From: Thermoanaerobaculia bacterium | Lineage (GTDB): Bacteria > Acidobacteriota > Thermoanaerobaculia > UBA5066 | Assembly (NCBI GenBank): GCA_963719225.1 | Contig: CAVRAY010000001.1 | Coordinates: 3,648,001-3,712,000, forward strand | Direction of reading: 5' to 3' | DNA length: 64,000 nt | In this document: piece by piece, positions 17,181 through 25,004 of the stretch | How positions within the stretch are numbered: position 1 is the stretch's first letter | How the letters are laid out: the number at the start of each line of letters is the position of its first letter | Made by a program: the position numbers and the translations under genes | Notes under the pieces: model-generated | Seen by the model: only the letters and a program-made list of their open reading frames with translations | Databases searched by the model: none | What the model was told of the DNA's origin: nothing

Positions 17181-17194
17181 CACGGAGGCATCAT

Positions 17195-17212
17195 CGGTAC
17201 AGCAGGCGGTCA
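17195..17212 (+). promoter_or_regulatory. Putative integrase arm-type binding site (copy 3)
   Basis: CGGTACAGCAGGCGGTCA-GGGG, 96 bp left of att core 2 (copy 1 is 95 bp left of core 1). Confidence 0.6.
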
Positions 17213-17285
17213 GGGGTATTTGCCCTAGGAAACGTGCTCACCCACTCGTAAGGCCTCGCTTTTTGGGGGAAAATGCTCGTGTCAG

Positions 17286-17340
17286 CCTTTATCGCACTCA
17301 GGAGGTCGTCAGTTCGATCCTGATCAGCTCCACCACTTTA
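17286..17340 (+). repeat. att site 2 (attR): 55-bp direct repeat with tRNA-Ala(CGC) 3' fragment (17291-17335)
   Basis: Identical to 15036-15090; no tRNA 5' half upstream. Confidence 0.92.
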
Positions 17341-17374
17341 GATGCCTCCCTCGCGCGACAGGACCGTCGCAACC

Positions 17375-18064
17375 TCAGGCCGGTTGGCTCGTCGCGGGCG
17401 GGGCGACGCCCTTGATGAGCAGCCACAGCGCGAGCACGACCTGGAATACGAGCGCCGGCAGCCATTGGATGTATCCGGTCAGCGGCCCTGTGGAGAAACC
17501 GGCGAGCTGCAGGGGCAGTACCACAGCGAGAAGGCCCGAGGCGACCACGCCCAGCCATGCGATCGAGGCGGGCACCATCCGTCCCCGCAGGAGGAGACAG
17601 GAAAAGATCAAACTCCCGACGGCAAAGAAGATCGCACCGATGGGGACGCTCGGGCCCGGCATCAGCAGAACGGCGCGCAGCGCATTCGTTGTCGGGACGT
17701 CCGGGGCACCCGTCCCGACCCCTGCCCTCGCCAGCCACAACATTCCCAGATAGCTCGGGATGTTGAGCGTACCGAGAATGCCTTCGGCGACGCGACAGGC
17801 CAGGGCCAGCATGGCGAGCTCGTGGTTCTCGTCGCGCGTGATCCCGTACAGCGTCACGGCGAGCACGAGAGCCGAGAGGCATTCGAGCAGCACGATCAAA
17901 ATGGTCAGGCGCACGTTTGTCGCGTACTGGCCGATGCGCGCGAGTTTCGCGGCATCGTCGCCGACGCCCCTCGCCTGGTGCATCAGGAGCTCACTGCAGA
18001 TACCGATCGCTGCGTAGAAGAGGTACGTGAATCCGGCGATTCTTGCGTTTGCGGTGCGCGTCAT
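17375..18064 (-). CDS. DUF4386-type membrane protein
   Basis: ARIAGFTYL, multiple TM helices, ends LALWLLIKG. Confidence 0.75.
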   Translation of the reverse strand: MTRTANARIAGFTYLFYAAIGICSELLMHQARGVGDDAAKLARIGQYATNVRLTILIVLLECLSALVLAVTLYGITRDENHELAMLALACRVAEGILGTLNIPSYLGMLWLARAGVGTGAPDVPTTNALRAVLLMPGPSVPIGAIFFAVGSLIFSCLLLRGRMVPASIAWLGVVASGLLAVVLPLQLAGFSTGPLTGYIQWLPALVFQVVLALWLLIKGVAPPATSQPA

Positions 18065-18065
18065 G

Positions 18066-18797
18066 TCAGTTCGCCCGGGCCGTATCGGTCGCAGCTCCGA
18101 CGGGTCGTAATCCCCTCAGCAGGAGCCATACGCCCATCGTCAGCTCGAAGAAGAAGATCGGAGCTCCATAAATCCCGACGCCGACGACCTTCGCGAGCTC
18201 GGGAAAAATGATGAACGAGAATGCGCACGCTCCCATCAGAAAGGACGCGACGATTCCCCATGCCGCCAAGGGTCTTGGGATGAAGCGCGACTCGAACCAC
18301 AGGTAGCAGAAGGCGGTGCTTCGCAGCCCGGCGAGCACCAGGCCCACGTTATACGCAGAGCCATGCGCACCGACCGACAGCCGCGCCAGGGCCTGCAACC
18401 GGTCCGCTTCGAATGCATGCAGGTAGTCCGCGCCGCTCAGGATCCGCAAGACGTCGAAGTCGCTGAGCGTGACGAAGACCAGCGTTGCGGTCTCGATCAG
18501 CCCCCAGCCCGTGGCCACCAAAGCGACACTTCGATTGACCGGCATGAGGACGACGTAAAGACCCATGATCAAGACGACATCGAGCGCGAAGACAGCGAGA
18601 TTGCTGGCGGTGCCCAGACGAAAGAGCCGTTCGTGCGCCACGATGTTCTGCGCCGTTTGGGCGACGTTACCGAAAGCGATGAGTTGGCTGCGTACGTAGA
18701 ACTCGGCGAAGATCGCCGGTGGCAGGGCAAGCAGATAGGACAGTCCCACGACCGTCGCTGCTTTACGCCGTGTTTCGTCGATCGTGGCGATCGTCAT
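18066..18797 (-). CDS. DUF4386-type membrane protein (paralog)
   Basis: Start MTIATIDE (ATG 18797); TAQNIVAHERLFRLG; FELTMGVWLLLRG. Confidence 0.78.
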   Translation of the reverse strand: MTIATIDETRRKAATVVGLSYLLALPPAIFAEFYVRSQLIAFGNVAQTAQNIVAHERLFRLGTASNLAVFALDVVLIMGLYVVLMPVNRSVALVATGWGLIETATLVFVTLSDFDVLRILSGADYLHAFEADRLQALARLSVGAHGSAYNVGLVLAGLRSTAFCYLWFESRFIPRPLAAWGIVASFLMGACAFSFIIFPELAKVVGVGIYGAPIFFFELTMGVWLLLRGLRPVGAATDTARAN

Positions 18798-18829
18798 TCC
18801 GCTTCCCCCGCTGTCCCGGCGTCGCAAGA

Positions 18830-19444
18830 CTATTTGTTCGGCTCTGACGCGCTCTTCGGCTCGGGCGTTTTCTTCGGCTCGGGCATGAGCCCAGGCTCGC
18901 TGCTCGGAGGAACGATGTTCTTCATCCGCAGGTAGACGATGAGGTTGCCGTAGTGCTCCACACCGTGGAGGGCGTTGGCCGTCAGGACGTCGCGCTTCGG
19001 CATGTCGCCGTGGAAGAGCTTCACCGTTTCCGCGCCCGACGCCTCGTTCAGACTGTCGTAGGCCTTGTCGCAATAGGCGAAGGCGCCCTTGAGCGCCGCG
19101 ACGAGATCGGCCTTCGAGGACTTGGTCTTTTCGATCTTGAGCCCGGGATTCTTCTCTCCGAGAACGACAGAACAGAAGTAGTACTGCGAATCGGCGACGT
19201 GGCCGACGATCTCTCCGAAGCTGCGGACGGATTCCACGGGCTTGAAGCCGTAGCTCTCCTCGGGCATCTTCTCGGCCGAGCCGAGGAGGGTCTTCTTCAC
19301 GAATCCGTACGCCTCCTTGAGGAATGCGTTGGGCGACGAGACCTCGGTCGGTTTGGCGGTCGCGGTGGCCGGACGATCGTCCGCGAACGCGGCTGCGGCC
19401 GGCGCGAGAAGACAGATCAACAGTGTCGGTAGAAGTGGTCGCAT
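18830..19444 (-). CDS. Secreted DinB-family protein
   Basis: Signal peptide; AEKMPEESYGFKP..VRSFGEIVGHVAD; H..EHYGNLIVYLR. Confidence 0.85.
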   Translation of the reverse strand: MRPLLPTLLICLLAPAAAAFADDRPATATAKPTEVSSPNAFLKEAYGFVKKTLLGSAEKMPEESYGFKPVESVRSFGEIVGHVADSQYYFCSVVLGEKNPGLKIEKTKSSKADLVAALKGAFAYCDKAYDSLNEASGAETVKLFHGDMPKRDVLTANALHGVEHYGNLIVYLRMKNIVPPSSEPGLMPEPKKTPEPKSASEPNK

Positions 19445-19500
19445 GAGTTTCTCCTCCTGTTTGGAGACTTAGGTAACGGCGCCCGAGACGCGCATGTGCA

Positions 19501-20161
19501 TCAGATGGGTTCTCGAGAGCGGCGCAGCCGCACCGCCGCCGCGAGGCATGCCGCCGTGAGCGCCAGCCCGAGCCACAGATCGGGCGTGCTCAGAAATCTC
19601 GCCGGATCGAGCTGCGAGAGCTGATCGAGGGTCATGTCGAAACCGCGCTGCGGCTTGAAGACGAACGCCTCCTCCATGGCGCCCATCACGCGGTACTTCA
19701 GCAGGGACACGAAATACGACGTGTGAAACGCGGCCCTCTCTGCGGCTGATACCGCGAGCACCGGGAGAACGGCCCAGAGAAAGGGTGCCCGTCGCGCCCA
19801 GGCCGAAACCAGCAACAGCCAGCCGTAAATCGGCGCGAACCAGAGCACGTGCACGGTCAATCCGTAGAGGGTGACCAGAGGGTCCTGGAAGAAGCGGACC
19901 TCGGCCCACAACCTGGCGGGGCTCATGCCGTTTACCAGCAGCCAGCATGATCGGCGCCGGAGCCAGGGAGAAGGGCCTGACCACCGCGGCGTGCTGCTTC
20001 GCCACGTCGAGCGTCTCGATGTTCCTCATCCTGCGCGGGAGACCGATCACGCTGATCAAAGTGCCGAACAGGACGAAGGCGGTGACGACGAGCGGTGCGA
20101 TGTAGAGGAATCGGCTCTCCCACAGTTCGCGGCGCACGGACCAGGACATCGGCCGGGTCAT
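19501..20161 (-). pseudogene. ABC-2 type permease with internal deletion/frameshift
   Basis: The 5' part (MTRPMSWSVRRELWESR..PAPIML) and 3' part (LLVNGMSPARLW..WFAPIYGWLLLVSAWARR) lie in different frames, joined at ~19942. Confidence 0.75.
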
Positions 20162-21033
20162 CCGACCGCTCCTCGGGCCCGTCGGCTTTCGTCGCCCATG
20201 ACGGCCACGAACAGATCGGCGATGCTCGGCGTTCGCACGTCGCCGAGAGCAGCGAGTCGCGTGCGGTCGGCGCCATCGAAGAGGAGGATGGTGCGCCCGA
20301 ACACATGGCGCTCGTGAATCGGCTCGAGCGCACGTGCCGCGGCGACAAGCTCCGGATGCACCATCACTTCCAGATAGCGCGACCCGAACTCCTCCATGCT
20401 GCACGCGAGCACGATGCGGCCGCGATCGATGAACATGAGGTCGGTGAGGACGTCCTGGATCTCTTCGACCTGATGTGTGGTGACCACGATGGTGCGGCTG
20501 CTATCGAAATAGTCGTTCAGCAGCGAGTCGTAGAACTGTTTGCGAAAGAGAATGTCCAGGCCGAGAGTCGGCTCGTCCAGCACCATCAACCTCGCGTCGA
20601 TGGCCATGACCAGCGCGAGGTGCAGCTGGGCCACCATCCCCTTCGACAATTCCCTGACCCTTCGTGCGCGCCCGACGGCCGTCTTCGCGAGGAACCCCTC
20701 CGCCTTCGCGCGGTCGAAACGAGGATGCACGCCCGCGACGTAATCGAGCGCGTGCGAAACGCGGAGCCAGCGCGGCAACACGGCGACATCGGCGATGAAA
20801 GAAACGTCACGCACGAGCTGATCGCGCTCGGCCCAGGGATCGCGCCCGAGCACCCGCAGCTCTCCCTGGTAGGGCGTGAGGCCGAGAATCGCGTTGAGCG
20901 CGGTGGTCTTGCCTGCGCCGTTGGGGCCGATGAGCCCGAGGATGCGACCTTCTTGGACGCATAAGTCGAGTCCGTCCAGAGCGACGGTCGTGCCGAAGGA
21001 TTTGCGAAGGCCGCGCGCCTCGATGCATGCCAT
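20158..21033 (-). CDS. ABC transporter ATP-binding protein (YtrB-like)
   Basis: GPNGAGKTT, LSKGM, LDEPTLGLD. Confidence 0.92.
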   Translation of the reverse strand: MACIEARGLRKSFGTTVALDGLDLCVQEGRILGLIGPNGAGKTTALNAILGLTPYQGELRVLGRDPWAERDQLVRDVSFIADVAVLPRWLRVSHALDYVAGVHPRFDRAKAEGFLAKTAVGRARRVRELSKGMVAQLHLALVMAIDARLMVLDEPTLGLDILFRKQFYDSLLNDYFDSSRTIVVTTHQVEEIQDVLTDLMFIDRGRIVLACSMEEFGSRYLEVMVHPELVAAARALEPIHERHVFGRTILLFDGADRTRLAALGDVRTPSIADLFVAVMGDESRRARGAVG

Positions 21034-21037
21034 CGCT

Positions 21038-21427
21038 TCAGCGCCCCTTCTCCGGGGCGTCCGACGTCCCGGTCCTCGAGGCGGCTTTCAGCAGCTCTTC
21101 GGGTGTCAGGCCGAGCCGCTGGATCGTTGCGTAGACCCGGGGCCATTGTTCCGAAAGAAACTTCTCGCGTTCGCCCTTGAGCAGCAGGTCGCGCGCGCCC
21201 GGCTTGACGAACATGCCGCGGCCTCGCTTCGTCTCGACGAGCTCCTCGTCGACCAGCTGTTGATAGCCCTTCAGAACCGTGATCGGATTGATCCGATAGT
21301 CGGCCGCGACATTGCGAACGGACGGCAGCGGATCGCCGTCCTTCAGCACGCCGTCAAGAATCATGGCGACCACGCGATCGCGAAGCTGGCGGTAAATCGG
21401 CTGACTGTCGTTCCACTCTCGATCCAC
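21038..21427 (-). CDS. GntR-family regulator, YtrA subfamily
   Basis: PIYRQL..LPSVRNVAADYRINPITVLKGY..RGRGMFV; short C-terminal domain; heads an ABC operon. Confidence 0.92.
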   Translation of the reverse strand: MDREWNDSQPIYRQLRDRVVAMILDGVLKDGDPLPSVRNVAADYRINPITVLKGYQQLVDEELVETKRGRGMFVKPGARDLLLKGEREKFLSEQWPRVYATIQRLGLTPEELLKAASRTGTSDAPEKGR

Positions 21428-21428
21428 T

Positions 21429-21456
21429 CTGGTGAGGTAGTTAACTATAACACCAG
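21429..21456. promoter_or_regulatory. YtrA-type operator palindrome
   Basis: CTGGTG-AGG-TAGTTAACTA-TAA-CACCAG immediately upstream of the GntR start. Confidence 0.7.
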
Positions 21457-21534
21457 TGCAGATGCAAGCTCTTTCTCAGAGCTTTAAACGAGCGGCCAAC
21501 CCTGGTAGCAGCAGTGGTTACGGGTTCTGCACCG

Positions 21535-22053
21535 TCACTTGAAAACGCCGCAGCCAACCCGACTTCCGGAGTTTCCGGCAGGCTGCGACTTCAGATCATC
21601 TTGCTTCTCGTGGACGACGATGCTCCGGCCGACGACGGAGTTCGGGCCAGCCGCCACCGTGAGCATTTTCGTCATGATGACGAGGTGTCCGTTGCCGCTC
21701 TCGGCGACGGTCATGTTCCCGAAATCGCCGGCGTGATGCACGGGAGCGTCGGGAGCCCCATGCGCGGCATGCGTCGGGTTGAAATGGCCGCCGGCCGACG
21801 CAGCATCGGGCGCAGAGCAGTCGCCCTTTTCGTGGATGTGCACGGCGTGCACTCCGGGTGTCGCGCGCGAGACTTCGATCGCGATCTCGACGCCGCCATC
21901 CTTCTCCGTCGCGATGGCGGACCCTGTCATGGCGCTGCCGGACTTAGGCTCGATCGTCGCACGGCTGGATGGCGTTTCGGCCACGGCGATGCCGGCGATG
22001 AGCAATCCTGAGAACGCGAGAAAAAGGAATCGACCGTTCTTGAGAATCAACAT
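21535..22053 (-). CDS. sodC: Periplasmic Cu/Zn superoxide dismutase
   Basis: Signal peptide; HAVHIHEKGDC, AGGHFNP, HAGDFGN, SIVVHEKQDD, GNSGSRVGCG. Confidence 0.93.
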   Translation of the reverse strand: MLILKNGRFLFLAFSGLLIAGIAVAETPSSRATIEPKSGSAMTGSAIATEKDGGVEIAIEVSRATPGVHAVHIHEKGDCSAPDAASAGGHFNPTHAAHGAPDAPVHHAGDFGNMTVAESGNGHLVIMTKMLTVAAGPNSVVGRSIVVHEKQDDLKSQPAGNSGSRVGCGVFK

Positions 22054-22266
22054 CCGGCCCTCCGTCTTGGAGCTCGCGAGACGCAAAGGTCTTTCGACTT
22101 ATTTACCGCCCACGGCCCTTTCGCCGAATCCCGAGCAATGAGCGGGCCACCGACTTTTCCACGAGAAACGACACGCAGCTTGTAAGGATTGCCGCGGCGG
22201 AGGGAACTGCGGCACGCTGGTTGCGAGCCCAGCGAGTTGACGCGCAAGCGCCGTTCGAGAGGCGGA

Positions 22267-23229
22267 ATGACCGTCCAACACACCCTGCTGCGGAAGAAAA
22301 TTCTCCACGTCCTTGTCGACACGGTCGACCGCTTCGTCCTCCATCAGGACGCGACGCAGGCGGGCGCCTTGGCGTTTTTCACTCTCTTTTCTCTCGCGCC
22401 GGTCCTCCTGGTGGTCGTGGCCGTGGCCGGTTCCGTCTTCGGACAGGACGCGGTGCGCGGTCAGATCGTGAATCAGTTCCAGGGGCTGATGGGGGGTGAG
22501 GCCGCGCGCGCGATCCAGGCGATTCTCAAGGTAGCGGCCAACCCGACGTCGGAGCGCGACTGGGCCAAGATCGCCGGCTTCGTCCTCCTCGCGATCGGGA
22601 CGACCGCCGTCTTCGTTCAGCTGCAGGAGGCGCTCAACCGGGTGTGGGACGTGGCGCCGCATCCCGGCCCCATCGTCCGCACGCTGCTGAAGAAGCGCTT
22701 CGTCTCGTTCGCTCTCGTCCTCGCGATCGGTTTTCTGCTCCTCGTGTCGCTCGCCGTCGCGGCGATGATGGGCGCCGCGGAAGGCTGGCTCCAGAAGCGC
22801 TACTCCTTTCCGCTCGCGACGATCGCGGCGGCGAACGAGGTGCTCTCGTTCTTGGTTCTCGTCATCCTGATCGCGCTCATCTACAGGATCCTCCCCGACG
22901 CGGAGATCTCGTGGCGGGAGGTGGTGGTCGGAGCGGTCATTACGGCGACTCTCTTCTCGGTCGGGAAGTACCTGATCGGGCTCTACCTGGGACGCACGAC
23001 GGTGGCCTCGCCCTACGGCGCGGCCGGCTCCGTGGTCGTGATCCTGCTCTGGGTCTATTACGCTGCCCTGATCCTCCTCCTCGGCGCGGAGATGACGCGC
23101 GCCTTCACGGCGGTCGTCGAGCACAAGGGCGTGGAGCCAGAGCCTGGCGCCCGGAAGGTCGAGGCGACGATGCCGGCGACTCCCACGACAGCCAAGGCGA
23201 AGACGAACGCGAAGGTGCACGAGGAATGA
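22267..23229 (+). CDS. YihY/BrkB family membrane protein
   Basis: AGALAFFTLFSLAP, LQEALNRVW, YGAAGSVVVILLWVYY. Confidence 0.9.
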   Translation: MTVQHTLLRKKILHVLVDTVDRFVLHQDATQAGALAFFTLFSLAPVLLVVVAVAGSVFGQDAVRGQIVNQFQGLMGGEAARAIQAILKVAANPTSERDWAKIAGFVLLAIGTTAVFVQLQEALNRVWDVAPHPGPIVRTLLKKRFVSFALVLAIGFLLLVSLAVAAMMGAAEGWLQKRYSFPLATIAAANEVLSFLVLVILIALIYRILPDAEISWREVVVGAVITATLFSVGKYLIGLYLGRTTVASPYGAAGSVVVILLWVYYAALILLLGAEMTRAFTAVVEHKGVEPEPGARKVEATMPATPTTAKAKTNAKVHEE

Positions 23230-25004
23230 GGGCCGGCGCGTCCCTGGTGGCAGCCGCCGGGATCCTGCTGCTGTCGCGGATCGGTTCTGCTGCCGAGAGG
23301 GCGAAGCTGCGCGTCGAGGTCGAGGGGCTCGGCGGGTTCGTCAGGAGCTACCTCGCGAGCGGCGATCTGAAGAAGAACGTCCTCTCGGTCCTCTCGATCT
23401 GGGACGAAAAGGGCGACAAGAACCTTACGGAGCGCCGCATCCGGAAGCTGCACGAGCAGGCGCCCGACGAGATCCGGCGGGCGCTCCAGCCGTTCGGGTA
23501 CTACGAACCGTCCATCGACTCTTCGCTCCGACGCGACGGCGACACGTGGGTCGCGCGCTACGTCATCGACCCGGGCCTCGAGCTCACGTACACGAGCGTC
23601 GACTTCGCGATCGCGGGGGAAGGGGCCGAGCACCCGGTCTTGCGCGGCCTGGCCGAGTCGCTGCCGATCCGCCAAGGCGCGGTCGTGAATCACCCGCAGT
23701 GGGAGGCGATCAAGAAGAGCTTCGAGAACGCCGCCGGCGAGAACGGGTTCGCGAACAGCGGCTGGAACGTCCACAAGATCGAGGTGGACGTCGACAAACA
23801 TACCGCCGTCGCGACGCTCCATTTCGACACGGGACCGCGCTTTTTCTTCGGGCCCGCGCGCTTCCATCAGGACATCCTCGACGAGGACATCCTGCGAGGC
23901 TACGTGACCTGGCAAGAGGGGGACCCGCTGAACCTGACGGAGCTCCTGAAGCTGCAGGGCGCGCTGTCCGACTCCCCCTATTTCCGCCGGGTCGAGGTGG
24001 AGGCCCGCCGCGAGGACGCCGTCGACCGGCGCGTGCCGATCGATGTGAACCTCGCGCCCGCGCCGCCGCACCGGTACACGTTCGGGCTCGGCCTCGGAAC
24101 CGACACCGGCCCGCGCGCGAGCGCCGGGTTCGAGCTGCGCCGGATCAATCGCAGAGGGCATCACGCGCAGGCGGAGGGGAAGCTGTCGGGAATCGAGAAG
24201 AGCCTGGCGACGAAGTATCTGATCCCCGGCCCGTACCCGCGGACCGACGTCCTCGCCTTCACGCTCGCCTATGCCGATCTCACCCCGAAGACGAGCAAGA
24301 GCAGGACCCTGCTTCTGGGGCCGAGCCTCGCCCGCTCCCGCGGCCGCTGGCGCGAGACGTTCTCGCTGACGTTCCAGCGTCAGACCTTCACGGTCGGGGT
24401 CGACGGCGGCACGTCGTACCTGACGATCCCGGAAGCGAACTGGGCGCGGGTCGTGGCCGACGACCGGATCCTGACGCGGAACGGGCATCGGCTCGAGGTC
24501 GACGCGCGAGGGGCGGTGCACAACGTCCTTTCGAACGCCACGTTCTTCCAGCTCACGACGCGCGGGAAGATCATTCGCAGCCTCGGCCCGAAGACGCGCG
24601 TTCTGGCGCGCGGGGAGCTCGGCATCCTCGCGACCTCCGACTTCCGCATCCTGCCTCCGTCCGTCCGCTTTTTCGCCGGAGGCGACGAGAGCGTGCGCGG
24701 CTACTCGTTCAACGCGCTCGGCAGCCCGGACGAGAAAGGGAACGTCATCGGCGGGCGCTTCCTCCGTGTCGTCAGCGTCGAGATGGACCACCGGATCATC
24801 GAGAAGTGGGGCGGCATCGCGGCGGCCGTCTTCTTCGACACCGGAAACGCGACGATTCCATTCTCGGGCCCGTGGAAGCAGGGCGCCGGCTTCGGTCTGC
24901 GCTGGCGCTCCCCGGTCGGCGTCGTCCGGGCCGACATGGCATTCGCGGTCAGCGAGCCGGGCCGGCCGATCAAGTTCCACCTCAACATCGGGCCGGACCT
25001 GTGA
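23226..25004 (+). CDS. tamA: TamA (Omp85 family) translocation and assembly module subunit
   Basis: POTRA region (ALQPFGYY), RFFAGGDESVRGY, GFGLRWRSPVGVVRAD, ends IGPDL; ATG 23226. Confidence 0.9.
   Translation: MRAGASLVAAAGILLLSRIGSAAERAKLRVEVEGLGGFVRSYLASGDLKKNVLSVLSIWDEKGDKNLTERRIRKLHEQAPDEIRRALQPFGYYEPSIDSSLRRDGDTWVARYVIDPGLELTYTSVDFAIAGEGAEHPVLRGLAESLPIRQGAVVNHPQWEAIKKSFENAAGENGFANSGWNVHKIEVDVDKHTAVATLHFDTGPRFFFGPARFHQDILDEDILRGYVTWQEGDPLNLTELLKLQGALSDSPYFRRVEVEARREDAVDRRVPIDVNLAPAPPHRYTFGLGLGTDTGPRASAGFELRRINRRGHHAQAEGKLSGIEKSLATKYLIPGPYPRTDVLAFTLAYADLTPKTSKSRTLLLGPSLARSRGRWRETFSLTFQRQTFTVGVDGGTSYLTIPEANWARVVADDRILTRNGHRLEVDARGAVHNVLSNATFFQLTTRGKIIRSLGPKTRVLARGELGILATSDFRILPPSVRFFAGGDESVRGYSFNALGSPDEKGNVIGGRFLRVVSVEMDHRIIEKWGGIAAAVFFDTGNATIPFSGPWKQGAGFGLRWRSPVGVVRADMAFAVSEPGRPIKFHLNIGPDL

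Larger units (their letters stand above)
15041..17335. mobile_element. 2250-bp integrase-less element integrated in tandem at tRNA-Ala(CGC)
   Basis: Bounded by identical tRNA 3' fragments 2250 bp apart; arm-like sites inside both ends; XRE repressor present; no recombinase ORF. Confidence 0.75.

Noticed and set aside
13898-17340. Prophage
   Set aside because: No structural, packaging, lysis or replication genes are visible; better described as an integrative island plus mini-element.
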